From: Clostridia bacterium
Lineage (GTDB): Bacteria; Bacillota; Clostridia; RGIG6154
Length of the DNA: 64,000 bases
Assembly: GCA_045593265.1 (NCBI GenBank)
Contig: JAZNWH010000129.1
Location: forward strand, 4,646-68,645
Reading direction: 5' to 3'
Below, one piece after another: positions 9,209 to 18,930 of this stretch. Position 1 is the stretch's first letter. Each line of letters begins with the position of its first letter. Below the pieces are notes generated by a model. It saw only the letters and a list, made by a program, of their open reading frames with translations, was not told the origin of the DNA and did not search any database. The translations under genes were made by a program, and so were the position numbers.

Positions 9209-10009
9209 TTACTTGCCAAGCTCTATATTTTTATTATAAGATGCGATAACTGCCGAATTTACACTTCCTCTGAATCCGTTTTCCTCTAAAGCAAGAACTC
9301 CTTCTATTGTGCTTCCACCAGGACTGCAAACCTTATCTTTAAGGTCCTCAGGATGACTTCCGCAAAGCACTGTTGCACCTGCTCCTTTAAGCATCTGAGC
9401 AGAATATTTCACAGCCTTGTCCCTTGGCAATCCACATGCAACAGCACCGTCAGCAAGTGCCTCTATAAACATATACGCAAAGGCAGGACCACAGCCTGTA
9501 ACAGCACAGGCAGCATCTATTAAACTTTCGTCAAGTCTGTCAATAAGACCTGCACATTTAAAAACAGCTTTGAATGCAACTTCCTGATTCTCACTTACAC
9601 ATTCGTTAATATCATACACAATAATGCCCTCATTGGTATTACAAGCCATATTAGGCATAATTCTTATGACAGGTATTCTCTTTCCAAACATTTCACATAT
9701 AGAATCAATCGTAATTCCTGCTGCCATAGAAACTATCACAAATTCATCCCTGCGACTGTTTATTTTTTCCTTAATCTCCGAAACCAAGGCTTTATACCCC
9801 TGAGGTTTTACTCCAATTACGATAATTTTTGAATCAAGTACTGTTTCGAGACTATCAAAAGAAACACCATATGTATTTTTGTAGTGTTCTGCTTTTTGTG
9901 TATCTTTATCGAACACACAGATGTCGTCAACAGATGTTGTTTCTGTAGCTGCTGAAATCAAGCAACCACCCATATTACCTGCACCTATAAAACCAATTTT
10001 ATATGACAT
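9209..10009 (-). CDS. proC: Pyrroline-5-carboxylate reductase
   Basis: GFIGAGNMG, RIMPN, VCSPGGSTIEG; follows proA. Confidence 0.95.
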   Translation of the reverse strand: MSYKIGFIGAGNMGGCLISAATETTSVDDICVFDKDTQKAEHYKNTYGVSFDSLETVLDSKIIVIGVKPQGYKALVSEIKEKINSRRDEFVIVSMAAGITIDSICEMFGKRIPVIRIMPNMACNTNEGIIVYDINECVSENQEVAFKAVFKCAGLIDRLDESLIDAACAVTGCGPAFAYMFIEALADGAVACGLPRDKAVKYSAQMLKGAGATVLCGSHPEDLKDKVCSPGGSTIEGVLALEENGFRGSVNSAVIASYNKNIELGK

Positions 10010-10023
10010 TTATAATCCGCTCC

Positions 10024-11268
10024 TTATCTTATCTGACCATTTCCGTTAATAACATATTTATATGTGTTAAGCTCACACAAACCCATAGGACCTCTTGCGT
10101 GCAATTTTTGAGTAGAAATTCCCATTTCACAACCCAGTCCGAATTCACCACCATCAGTAAAACGGGTAGATGCGTTAACATATACAGCTGCACTGTCTAT
10201 AAGCTTGGTAAACTTATCGGCATTATCTTTTGTATTAGTTATAATAGCTTCGCTATGGCCTGTTGAATGACAGTTAATATGCTTAATTGCTTCGTCAACA
10301 TTTTCCACAACTTTTACAGCTATAATATAATCAAGAAATTCTGTATTAAAATCCTCTTCTGTTGCCAAAACTCCATCTATGATGTTTTTTGACTTGTTGT
10401 CAAGTCTCATTTCAACAGGGTTTTCTCTGTTATCCTGTAATCTTTTTTGTATAAGAGGTAAAAACTTTTCTGCTATACTGCTGTGAACAAGTAAAACCTC
10501 CTGAGCATTACACACAGACGGTCTGCTGGTTTTTGCATTATCAATTATATTCAGCGCCATATCAAAATCGGCTGTATCATCAACATAGATATGGCAGATA
10601 CCTGTACCTGTTTCAATACAGGGAACAGTTGCGTTTTCAACACAAGCTTTTATCAAACCTTTACCACCACGGGGTATAAGTAAATCAACTATCCCTTTTG
10701 CATTCATAATTTCATAAGAGCTTTGTCTTGAACTGTCTTCAACTATATTAACTATATCAGGATTAACAGAACATTTTTCAATTGCTCTTTTCATTGAATT
10801 AACAATAGCTTTTGATGTATTAAAGGAATTTTGTCCACATCTTAAAGCACAAACATTTCCACTTTTTATTGCAAGAGCTGCAGCGTCAGATGTAACATTT
10901 GGTCTGCTCTCATAAATAATAGCAATAAGCCCAAAAGGAACAGACACTTTACTAATTTCAAGACCGTTATTTTGTGTATAGCTGTCAAGAACTCTTCCTA
11001 CAGGGTCATCAAGCTGTGAAACTTTAATTATTCCGTCGCACATATCGTTTATTCGTTTTTCATCAAGACGAAGACGGTCAATCATAACATCGCTTATAAT
11101 ACCTTTTGACGCATCAATGTCAATTTTATTCGCATCAAGAATTTCTCCGGAAGAATTTTTTATTTCTTCAGCCATAGAAACAAGTACCCTGTTCTTTTCA
11201 TAGGTAGTAAGCATATTAATTTCTTTATATGCATCTTTTGTTTTTTTCAAAATTTCAAGTGTTGTCAT
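10024..11268 (-). CDS. proA: Glutamate-5-semialdehyde dehydrogenase
   Basis: IYESRPNVT, RPSVCNA, NASTRFTDG, STQKLHARGP. Confidence 0.97.
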   Translation of the reverse strand: MTTLEILKKTKDAYKEINMLTTYEKNRVLVSMAEEIKNSSGEILDANKIDIDASKGIISDVMIDRLRLDEKRINDMCDGIIKVSQLDDPVGRVLDSYTQNNGLEISKVSVPFGLIAIIYESRPNVTSDAAALAIKSGNVCALRCGQNSFNTSKAIVNSMKRAIEKCSVNPDIVNIVEDSSRQSSYEIMNAKGIVDLLIPRGGKGLIKACVENATVPCIETGTGICHIYVDDTADFDMALNIIDNAKTSRPSVCNAQEVLLVHSSIAEKFLPLIQKRLQDNRENPVEMRLDNKSKNIIDGVLATEEDFNTEFLDYIIAVKVVENVDEAIKHINCHSTGHSEAIITNTKDNADKFTKLIDSAAVYVNASTRFTDGGEFGLGCEMGISTQKLHARGPMGLCELNTYKYVINGNGQIR

Positions 11269-11270
11269 AA

Positions 11271-12038
11271 TTATCCCCTGCTTTCAAACTTAGTACCTAC
11301 CACTTTACCTTCAACTATATCATATAATATTTCAGGATTATTACCATTGGCTATAATCATATCAACGCCTGATTCTGTGGCAATTTTTGCAGCATGTATT
11401 TTGGTAAGCATACCACCTGTTCCAAGAGACGAACCTTTACCACCTGCAAGATTTTCAATTTCATTTGTAATCTTTGTTACAACAGGAATTATTTCTGCAG
11501 ACTTATCTTTTCTTGGGTCAGCAGTATACAAACCATCTATATCGGACAATAATACAAGCAAATCTGCTTTTACGGAAACTGCAACAATAGCCGAAAGCGT
11601 ATCGTTATCGCCTATTTCGATTTCTTCTACAGAAACAGTATCATTTTCATTTATAACAGGTATTACCCCCAATTCAAGAAGACGGAACAAGGTATTTTCA
11701 AAATTATGTCTGCGTTTTTCATCATCTACATCAGGTGCAGTTATCAATATCTGACCTATATTATGATTGTACTCATTAAACAACTTATCATAAGTATACA
11801 TAAGCTCACACTGTCCTATAGCAGCTGCTGCCTGTTTGGTTTCTATATCCGTAGGTTTACCTTTTAACCCAAGCTTACCTACACCCATTCCTATAGCACC
11901 CGAAGATACTAAAATTATTTCATGTCCTGCATTTTTCAAATCGCTTATCACCTTACAAAGATGCTCAATATGTCTTATATTAAGATGTCCTGTAGAGTGA
12001 GCAAGTGTTGAAGTTCCTATTTTTATAACAATTTTCAT
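11271..12038 (-). CDS. proB: Glutamate 5-kinase (short form without PUA domain)
   Basis: VIKIGTS, VSSGAIG, INENDTV, GDNDTLSA, GTGGMLTK. Confidence 0.97.
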   Translation of the reverse strand: MKIVIKIGTSTLAHSTGHLNIRHIEHLCKVISDLKNAGHEIILVSSGAIGMGVGKLGLKGKPTDIETKQAAAAIGQCELMYTYDKLFNEYNHNIGQILITAPDVDDEKRRHNFENTLFRLLELGVIPVINENDTVSVEEIEIGDNDTLSAIVAVSVKADLLVLLSDIDGLYTADPRKDKSAEIIPVVTKITNEIENLAGGKGSSLGTGGMLTKIHAAKIATESGVDMIIANGNNPEILYDIVEGKVVGTKFESRG

Positions 12039-12050
12039 AGATAAACCACC

Positions 12051-12677
12051 TTAATTACAATTAATTCCCGTAAATTTTTCTCCCGTAATAAGTATTTTTG
12101 CACGTCCATCAGTTATTTCACAAAGCTTGTCTGTCAAAGACAAAGTATTTTCTTTTTTCAGGCTAATATGCACTGTAACATCTGCTTCAAAGGTTACATC
12201 ATCAATTACTGCATTCATTTCCTCTGCTGCCCTTTTTACTTTTTCAAGCTGACTGTAATCACAAACTACATCAATGCAGCTGCAAAGACACATAGTTACT
12301 ATCTGTGCGTTTTCCACAGCAAGTTTTACCGCCTGAGAATATGCACGCACAAGACCACCTGTTCCAAGGAGTGTTCCTCCAAAATAACGTGTTATTACTA
12401 CTGCTGTATCCACAAGTTCAAAGCCTTCAAGAACATTAAGCGATGGCATTGCAGACGTCCCTGATGGCTCTCCGTCATCGGAATAACGCTTTGTACCATC
12501 CTTTAAAATATATGCATAAACATTATGGCGGGCATCCCAATACTTAGAACGCATTTCGTTTATAAACAAAGACGCTTCCTCCTGAGTTTCAACATGGGAT
12601 ATTGTAGCAATAAATCTTGATTTTTTCTCTGTTACTTCCCCTGTTGCCCTGCAAAAAACTGTTTTATATTCTGCCAT
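12051..12677 (-). CDS. YigZ/IMPACT family protein
   Basis: EKKSRFIA, SDDGEPSGT, RYFGGTLLGTGGLVRAY. Confidence 0.92.
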   Translation of the reverse strand: MAEYKTVFCRATGEVTEKKSRFIATISHVETQEEASLFINEMRSKYWDARHNVYAYILKDGTKRYSDDGEPSGTSAMPSLNVLEGFELVDTAVVITRYFGGTLLGTGGLVRAYSQAVKLAVENAQIVTMCLCSCIDVVCDYSQLEKVKRAAEEMNAVIDDVTFEADVTVHISLKKENTLSLTDKLCEITDGRAKILITGEKFTGINCN

Positions 12678-12743
12678 TATTATCTCCTTAAAAAATTAGG
12701 ATGCGGCAGATAAATCTACCACATCCCATTGTATCATAAATAT

Positions 12744-12812
12744 CTAAATTTTGAAATAGTTTTTTAAAAATTTTCTTAAGAGTCCTTTAGGTTGAACAAT
12801 AACTATTTTCAT
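12744..12812 (-). CDS. spoVM: SpoVM-like amphipathic sporulation peptide (22 aa)
   Basis: MKIVIVQPKGLLRKFLKNYFKI*; GAAAGG RBS; lies after rpe-thiN as spoVM does in B. subtilis. Not in the ORF track. Confidence 0.7.
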   Translation of the reverse strand: MKIVIVQPKGLLRKFLKNYFKI

Positions 12813-12846
12813 AATATCTTACCTTTCTGCCCCAAAGAAGGACAAA

Positions 12847-12990
12847 TTACTTAAACATTGCTTTAAATCCTACTATTACTACTACAGAACACATTATAAA
12901 TAACAGCCATTGGGAAGGAATCAATATGTAAACTAAAATTCCTGCCGCAACGCCTACGAGTACACAGCACCACCATCTGCACCAAATCAT
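12847..12990 (-). CDS. Small two-TM membrane protein (47 aa) upstream of spoVM
   Basis: MIWCRWWCCVLVGVAAGILVYILIPSQWLLFIMCSVVVIVGFKAMFK*; AAGGG RBS. Not in the ORF track. Confidence 0.6.
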   Translation of the reverse strand: MIWCRWWCCVLVGVAAGILVYILIPSQWLLFIMCSVVVIVGFKAMFK

Positions 12991-13041
12991 AAAATCAAGC
13001 CCTTTCAATACATTATATTGAAAAGGCTTGTTTTGTGTGAT

Positions 13042-13632
13042 TTAATTATTTACAAATAAAAGAATTTTTCCTTTTGTTACAGTTATTATAGTTTCTTTGC
13101 CTACGGTTTCATTGCTCAGCGTTAAACTGCCCCCCCAGGAAATTTCCTTGTTTTCAAGTGGATACTTGGCACCTTTTATACTGATTATGGAAGTTTCTGA
13201 CGGAATTATACTGAACACTGTTCCTTTTTTCTCTTGTAGAATTATGGTTTCATTTACTGAAAAAATTTTTTCAGTACTTTCAAAAATACAAACCTTTTCA
13301 TCAAGTAACATAAGATTTGAAACACTATGATCCATTCTCCCACCAAGGGCACAGGTAAGAATAATTTTATCAAAACCTTTATCTTTAGCCGTATTTACAG
13401 CAAGCTCTCCATCTGAAAAATCCTTTTCAGAGGGAACTTTAAGAATTTCAACCCCATCAGGCACAGTACAGGAATCAAAATCTCCAACTACAAGATTTAC
13501 TTTAATTCCTGCCTTTTGGGCATATTTGTAACCTCCGTCAGCACATATAACAAAATCAGATGCCTCACAAAGTTTTTTTAAATATTCAAGGCTTGAACAT
13601 TCACCATTTAAAATAATTACTGCTTTTTTCAT
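13042..13632 (-). CDS. thiN: Thiamine diphosphokinase
   Basis: CADGG, VGDFDS, EKDFSD, GGRMDH; ATG overlaps the rpe stop. Confidence 0.92.
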   Translation of the reverse strand: MKKAVIILNGECSSLEYLKKLCEASDFVICADGGYKYAQKAGIKVNLVVGDFDSCTVPDGVEILKVPSEKDFSDGELAVNTAKDKGFDKIILTCALGGRMDHSVSNLMLLDEKVCIFESTEKIFSVNETIILQEKKGTVFSIIPSETSIISIKGAKYPLENKEISWGGSLTLSNETVGKETIITVTKGKILLFVNN

Positions 13633-14264
13633 GCCTGTAAAATCTGTTCTATTACACATTTAGGATCCTGGGCACAAAATACTGCACTGCCTGCAACAAT
13701 TACATTTGCACCAGAATCAAGTGCGAGCTTTACGTTTGACGGTTTTATACCACCGTCAACCTCTATATCAAGATCAGGAAATTTTTCATGGAGAACCTTT
13801 ACCTTATCAAGACACTCTTCAATCAAAGACTGACCACCAAATCCAGGATGAACAGTCATAACAAGAGCCATATCTATTTTATCTGCATATGGAATAAGCA
13901 GCTCTACATCTGTTTCGGGATTAATGGAAACACCAACTTTGACACCTAAAGAGCGTAGCATATTTATCATCTTATCCATATCTTTAACAGCTTCTAAATG
14001 TACTGTAATAATATCTGCTCCGCTTTTTGCAAAACTTTCAACATACTTTTCAGGATTTTCAATCATAAGATGAACATCGAAAACTGCCTTCGTGTAAGGT
14101 CTTAGGCTTTCAACAACGCATGGACCTATAGAAAGATTAGGTACAAAATGACCATCCATAACATCAATATGAATATATTCAGCTCCTGATTCAACAACAT
14201 TAATTACGTCAGTTTTCAAATCTGCAAAATTAGCAGAAAGAATTGATGGTGATACTATTCTCAT
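13629..14264 (-). CDS. rpe: Ribulose-phosphate 3-epimerase
   Basis: SPSILSANF, HIDVMDGHFVPN, MTVHPGFGGQ, VDGG. Confidence 0.97.
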   Translation of the reverse strand: MRIVSPSILSANFADLKTDVINVVESGAEYIHIDVMDGHFVPNLSIGPCVVESLRPYTKAVFDVHLMIENPEKYVESFAKSGADIITVHLEAVKDMDKMINMLRSLGVKVGVSINPETDVELLIPYADKIDMALVMTVHPGFGGQSLIEECLDKVKVLHEKFPDLDIEVDGGIKPSNVKLALDSGANVIVAGSAVFCAQDPKCVIEQILQA

Positions 14265-15157
14265 TACTTTTCCTTTCTTGGGTATGCCTTGTAAATACTG
14301 TTTAACTCCTCATACAAAGACAGATAACTCTCATATCGACTTGCAGAAATATTCCCCTGTGTTACCTGAGCATAAACCTCACAGTTTTTGTCCGATGTAT
14401 GAGTACATCCATAAAATTTACATTTATCTTCGTATTTTTTAAACTCCCTGAAATACATATGCAAATCTTCAGCCTCAATTTTAGTAAGGTCAACAACACT
14501 GAAGCCGGGTGTATCTGCAATATATCCGCCACATTTAAGTGGAAGAAGCTTTGTATGGGTAGTCGTGTGTCTGCCTCTTTTTATCTTTCCGACAGAGCCT
14601 GTTTCTCTTTCAAACTCATCGTCTATTGCATTTATTAAAGTTGACTTGCCAACTCCAGAACAACCGGCAAATGCTGATACTTTATTTTTAAGTATTTCCA
14701 GCAGTTGTGTACAATCACTTTCAGATGAAGTTGTAACAACCTTATAGCCTGCTTTTTCGTAAGTTTCCTTTATATCCTCATAATCAGCCAAATCAGTTTT
14801 ATTGATACATATTGAAACATCAAGACCGTGATATTCCAAAAATGCAAGAAGCTTATCTGTCTGCTTGAAATTAGGGTCAGGAGATGCGGCGGCAATTACC
14901 ACCACTATACTGTCTATATTTGCAACAGCCGGACGTATCAGTTCATTTTTTCTCGGCTCTATACCTGTTATGGCATAAACCTCCTGCTCTTTTTCAAGAG
15001 TAACTCTGTCGCCTATAAGAAGCCTTATTCCGTCCTTTTTTAAACGTCCTCTTGCTCTTGCCTCGTAAAGTTTGCCGTCTACCTCTACCGTATAAAAGCT
15101 TCCAAAGCCCTCAGTAAGAAGACCTGTTATATTACTCAAAATCAAGCACCCTTTCAC
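14264..15157 (-). CDS. rsgA: Ribosome small subunit-dependent GTPase A (RsgA/CpgA)
   Basis: NKTD, GCSGVGKSTL, GRHTT, DTPG, C-terminal CxxxxCxHxxxxxC. Confidence 0.95.
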   Translation of the reverse strand: MKGCLILSNITGLLTEGFGSFYTVEVDGKLYEARARGRLKKDGIRLLIGDRVTLEKEQEVYAITGIEPRKNELIRPAVANIDSIVVVIAAASPDPNFKQTDKLLAFLEYHGLDVSICINKTDLADYEDIKETYEKAGYKVVTTSSESDCTQLLEILKNKVSAFAGCSGVGKSTLINAIDDEFERETGSVGKIKRGRHTTTHTKLLPLKCGGYIADTPGFSVVDLTKIEAEDLHMYFREFKKYEDKCKFYGCTHTSDKNCEVYAQVTQGNISASRYESYLSLYEELNSIYKAYPRKEK

Positions 15158-17147
15158 CCTTTACGGTGCCGTCAACATATGTTACAACACGCTGTGAACC
15201 TGAACCTCTTACTACAACACTCACTGCTCCCTCTGAACAATTATGTGTTTTTTCATAAACGGTTTTTCCGTCAAGAGTAACCTTTACTACAGCTGTTTCC
15301 TTATCAGCCGGAAGATATACAGTTACCTCTCTTGCACTTAATTTTTCGCCTGTGGTACCTCCCTGATTTGAAGGTTGTTCTTCATTACCTTTACTTACAT
15401 AAATAATAACAGTTTTCTTAAGTTCAAGACTTGCACCTGCAGGCTCGCTTTGTTTTGTAACAATTCCTTCTGTTTCATCAGAAGAAACCTGTTTTACTGT
15501 TACCTTAAAGCCTGCTTCTTCAAGCATGCTTTTAGCAACAGCTTCAGACTTACCAACAACACCGGGAACTACAGCCTGTTCCTCTTTTTCTTCACTTATA
15601 CTTACTGTAAGTGTAACACTTTCAAAACCTGCAACTACACTATCGCCTACAGACGGACTTACAGAAGTTACAATTCCTTCCGGTATTGAACTGCTTTCTT
15701 TTTCTACAATTCTGTATTCGATATTCTGCTTGTCAAGAAGCTTCTTTGCTTCTTCAACATCAAGATTCAAAACATCAGGAACTTTAACTGTTTTAGCTGC
15801 CTTACTTATAGTAACACTCATTTTAAATGGTCTTGTAAGTGTAGTATCCATATCAGGAGACTGTCCTATAATAATACCTGCTTCTTTATAGTCAGATGAA
15901 AACTCTTCTGCCTCAAGAACAAATTCGATATCCTTGTATTTCTTCTGAATTTCATCAAAATGATATCCAACCAAGTCAGGTGCCGGCATTTCATTTGCAG
16001 GCTTTTTATTCCATGGAAGCATATCCTCAAATATAAAGTTAATAAATGCAAATCCTATAAGAGATACTATTATAATTGACGATACTATTGCTGCAATAAT
16101 GGCAGTTTTATCTTCTTTTGTCATTGGTTTTTTAGTTTTTGATTTCTTCGCTTTTGATTTCTTTGCCATATTTTCAATCTCCTCATTACCTTTTTCAGGA
16201 GAATTCTGATTATCAACCTCTTCTTTTGTTGCAGAAGCTGCTATATCTGCTTCATTTACCTTTATCTTTTTAGTTGCGAACTTATCATCTTCATCCACAT
16301 CATTATGCTTCACTGCCTTAGGTGCAGTTTCTGTCTGCTTTATCCAGTTAAGTTCAATTAAAAGTGTATTTGCAGTCTGAAATCTGTCAACAGCATCCTT
16401 TTGCATAGCCTTAAGAACAACAGCCTCAACAGAGTTTGGTATTGTAGGAACTATCTGCGTGGGTGCAACAGGTGTTTCCTGAATCTGTTTAAGTGCAACT
16501 GAAACAGAACTGTCGCTTTCAAACGGAAGCTTACCTGTAAGCATCTCATACATTACAACACCAAGTGAATATATATCACTTCTTTCATCTGTATAACTGC
16601 CCTTTGCCTGTTCGGGAGAACAATAATGAGCTGTTCCCAATGCTTCGGTATCTAATTTTGTTGTATGAGTAGTTACAGCTCTCGCTATTCCGAAATCCAT
16701 AACCTTAAGAACATCATCTTTAGTTACCATGATATTGTGAGGTTTAATATCACGATGAACTATTCCTTTACGGTGAGCATGCTGCAATGCTGAACAAATC
16801 TGGATTGCAAATTCAACAGCCTTATTCCAAACCAAGGCACCGCTGTCTTTAAGGTACTCTTTAAGAGTAATACCTTCAACATATTCCATAACGATATAAT
16901 GCAAATCGCCCTCTGTTCCCACATCAAATACAGATACAATGTTTGTATGCGAAAGACCTGCAACAGCCTGAGATTCTATATTAAATCTCTTTATGATTTC
17001 CTCATCATCTTTAAACTCTTCTTTTAAAACCTTAATTGCTACATTACGGTTAAGCAATGTACATTTTGCTTTATATACATTAGCCATTCCGCCTGTACCT
17101 ATCAGTTCCAATATCTCATATCTGTTTGAAAGTACGGTACCTATCAT
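15132..17147 (-). CDS. prkC: PASTA-domain Ser/Thr kinase (PrkC/Stk1)
   Basis: GTGGMA, HRDIKPHN, DFG; TM segment; VPDV/VPGV PASTA repeats. Confidence 0.95.
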   Translation of the reverse strand: MIGTVLSNRYEILELIGTGGMANVYKAKCTLLNRNVAIKVLKEEFKDDEEIIKRFNIESQAVAGLSHTNIVSVFDVGTEGDLHYIVMEYVEGITLKEYLKDSGALVWNKAVEFAIQICSALQHAHRKGIVHRDIKPHNIMVTKDDVLKVMDFGIARAVTTHTTKLDTEALGTAHYCSPEQAKGSYTDERSDIYSLGVVMYEMLTGKLPFESDSSVSVALKQIQETPVAPTQIVPTIPNSVEAVVLKAMQKDAVDRFQTANTLLIELNWIKQTETAPKAVKHNDVDEDDKFATKKIKVNEADIAASATKEEVDNQNSPEKGNEEIENMAKKSKAKKSKTKKPMTKEDKTAIIAAIVSSIIIVSLIGFAFINFIFEDMLPWNKKPANEMPAPDLVGYHFDEIQKKYKDIEFVLEAEEFSSDYKEAGIIIGQSPDMDTTLTRPFKMSVTISKAAKTVKVPDVLNLDVEEAKKLLDKQNIEYRIVEKESSSIPEGIVTSVSPSVGDSVVAGFESVTLTVSISEEKEEQAVVPGVVGKSEAVAKSMLEEAGFKVTVKQVSSDETEGIVTKQSEPAGASLELKKTVIIYVSKGNEEQPSNQGGTTGEKLSAREVTVYLPADKETAVVKVTLDGKTVYEKTHNCSEGAVSVVVRGSGSQRVVTYVDGTVKGERVLDFE

Positions 17148-17878
17148 AAAACGTCCTCCCCGTTTGTATCATTAGTAAATTTAACTGCTGCAACAGTTAT
17201 ATTATCGCTTCCGCCTCTGCTGTTTGCAAGTGCTACAAGCTTTTCAAGCGATTTTTGCAAATCATCGCCACTTATACCATCGATAATTTCATCCTCTTTT
17301 ACAAGATTGCTCATACCGTCGGAACAAAGGAAATAAATATCGTTATCTTTAATTTCTCTCTCAAATATATCAACAGAAACATCTCTCTCGCAACCAACAG
17401 CACGGAGAATTACGTTTTTATCCGTTCTTGTCTCTGCCTCTTCGGGAGTTATTTCCCCTCTGTCTACAAGTTGCTGAACTAAGGAATGGTCCTTTGTTAC
17501 TCTGTCAATTTTACCATTACTTATACAGTAACATCTGCTATCACCCACATTGGCAACAGTTACTGTTTTTTCGTCCCAGAGACAGGCAACAACAGTTGTT
17601 CCCATATCTCCTTCATAACTGTTTTTTACAGCATATTCAAAAATTTCCGTATTTGCTGCTTCCACCGCTGCCTTTAAAAGCTTTTTACTATCCTTGATTT
17701 TTGAATTTTCAAGCTTCTTCTTTATTGCGGAAACTGCCATAAGACTGGCAACATCACCCTTACTGTGTCCACCCATTCCGTCGGCAACAACAGCATATCC
17801 ACTGCCTACAATCAAGCTGTCCTCATTACGACTTCGTACTTTTCCTATATGACTGTAGCTTCCTGTTTTTACTATCAA
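17144..17878 (-). CDS. prpC: PP2C Ser/Thr phosphatase (PrpC/Stp1)
   Basis: RNED, VADGMGGH, MGTT, NVGDSR, CSDG, GGSDNIT. Confidence 0.93.
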   Translation of the reverse strand: MIVKTGSYSHIGKVRSRNEDSLIVGSGYAVVADGMGGHSKGDVASLMAVSAIKKKLENSKIKDSKKLLKAAVEAANTEIFEYAVKNSYEGDMGTTVVACLWDEKTVTVANVGDSRCYCISNGKIDRVTKDHSLVQQLVDRGEITPEEAETRTDKNVILRAVGCERDVSVDIFEREIKDNDIYFLCSDGMSNLVKEDEIIDGISGDDLQKSLEKLVALANSRGGSDNITVAAVKFTNDTNGEDVL

Positions 17879-17895
17879 GTGTCAAACACCCCACT

Positions 17896-18930
17896 TCATT
17901 TCGAATTTTCAGCATGTCTGCGACGAAGCTGTCCGCAGGCTGCATCAATGTCATTTCCAAGTTCGCGTCTGACGGTTGTTGTTACACCGCCTTGCTCAAG
18001 AACTGTTCTGAATATGTTTATACTTTCTGTATTACCCTTTTTAAATCCTGTATTTTCCACAGAATTCACAGGTATTATATTAACATGGCTAAGCCTTTTC
18101 TTCATAAGCGATAAAAGCTGCCGTGCTATTTCAACAGAATCGTTTACTCCACCTATCAAAGCATATTCATAGGTTATTCGTCTGTTGGTTTTTTCCACAT
18201 AATAATCGCATGCTTCAAAAAGTCTTTTTAAATTATATTTTTTATTTATCGGCATAAGAGTTGTTCTCAGTTCATCATTAGGTGCGTGAAGAGAAACAGA
18301 TAAAGTAACAGGAAGTCCTTCATCAGCAAGTCTTTCAATTTGTTCTGCTCTTCCACAGGTTGAAAGAGAAATATGTCTTGCACCGATATTCATACCTGCA
18401 TAATGATTTATATTCCTTATAAACTTTGTTACATTTTCGTAATTGTCAAGAGGTTCTCCTATCCCCATTAAAACTATATTGGTAATTGCAAAACCACTGT
18501 CCTTTGATGCAAAAATTACCTGGTCTGCTATTTCGCCTGCTGTTAAATCTCTTACCTTTCCACCTACAGTAGAAGCACAAAACTTACATCCCATATTACA
18601 CCCCACCTGAGTAGAAATGCAAATAGGATGACCATGCTTATATTCCATCAGAACTGACTCAACAGTTTCCCCGTCTTCGAGTTCAAAAAGATATTTAACA
18701 GTTCCATCCACTGAAACCTGTTTATCAAGAACCTTGAGTGTGGATATATGACAGGTATTTTCAAGATTTTCCCTTAATTCCTTGGAAAGATTAGTCATTT
18801 CTTCAAAACTTTCCACACCCTTGTAAAGCCATTCGAAAACCTGTCTTGCTCTGTATTTTTTCAAGCCTGTTGACAAAAAATATTCTTCTAATTCCTCAAA
18901 GGTTAAATCCTTTAATCTTACTTTATCCAT
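17896..18930 (-). CDS. rlmN: 23S rRNA m2A2503 methyltransferase (radical SAM)
   Basis: CISTQVGCNMGCKFC, MGIGEP, IDAACGQL. Confidence 0.97.
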   Translation of the reverse strand: MDKVRLKDLTFEELEEYFLSTGLKKYRARQVFEWLYKGVESFEEMTNLSKELRENLENTCHISTLKVLDKQVSVDGTVKYLFELEDGETVESVLMEYKHGHPICISTQVGCNMGCKFCASTVGGKVRDLTAGEIADQVIFASKDSGFAITNIVLMGIGEPLDNYENVTKFIRNINHYAGMNIGARHISLSTCGRAEQIERLADEGLPVTLSVSLHAPNDELRTTLMPINKKYNLKRLFEACDYYVEKTNRRITYEYALIGGVNDSVEIARQLLSLMKKRLSHVNIIPVNSVENTGFKKGNTESINIFRTVLEQGGVTTTVRRELGNDIDAACGQLRRRHAENSK

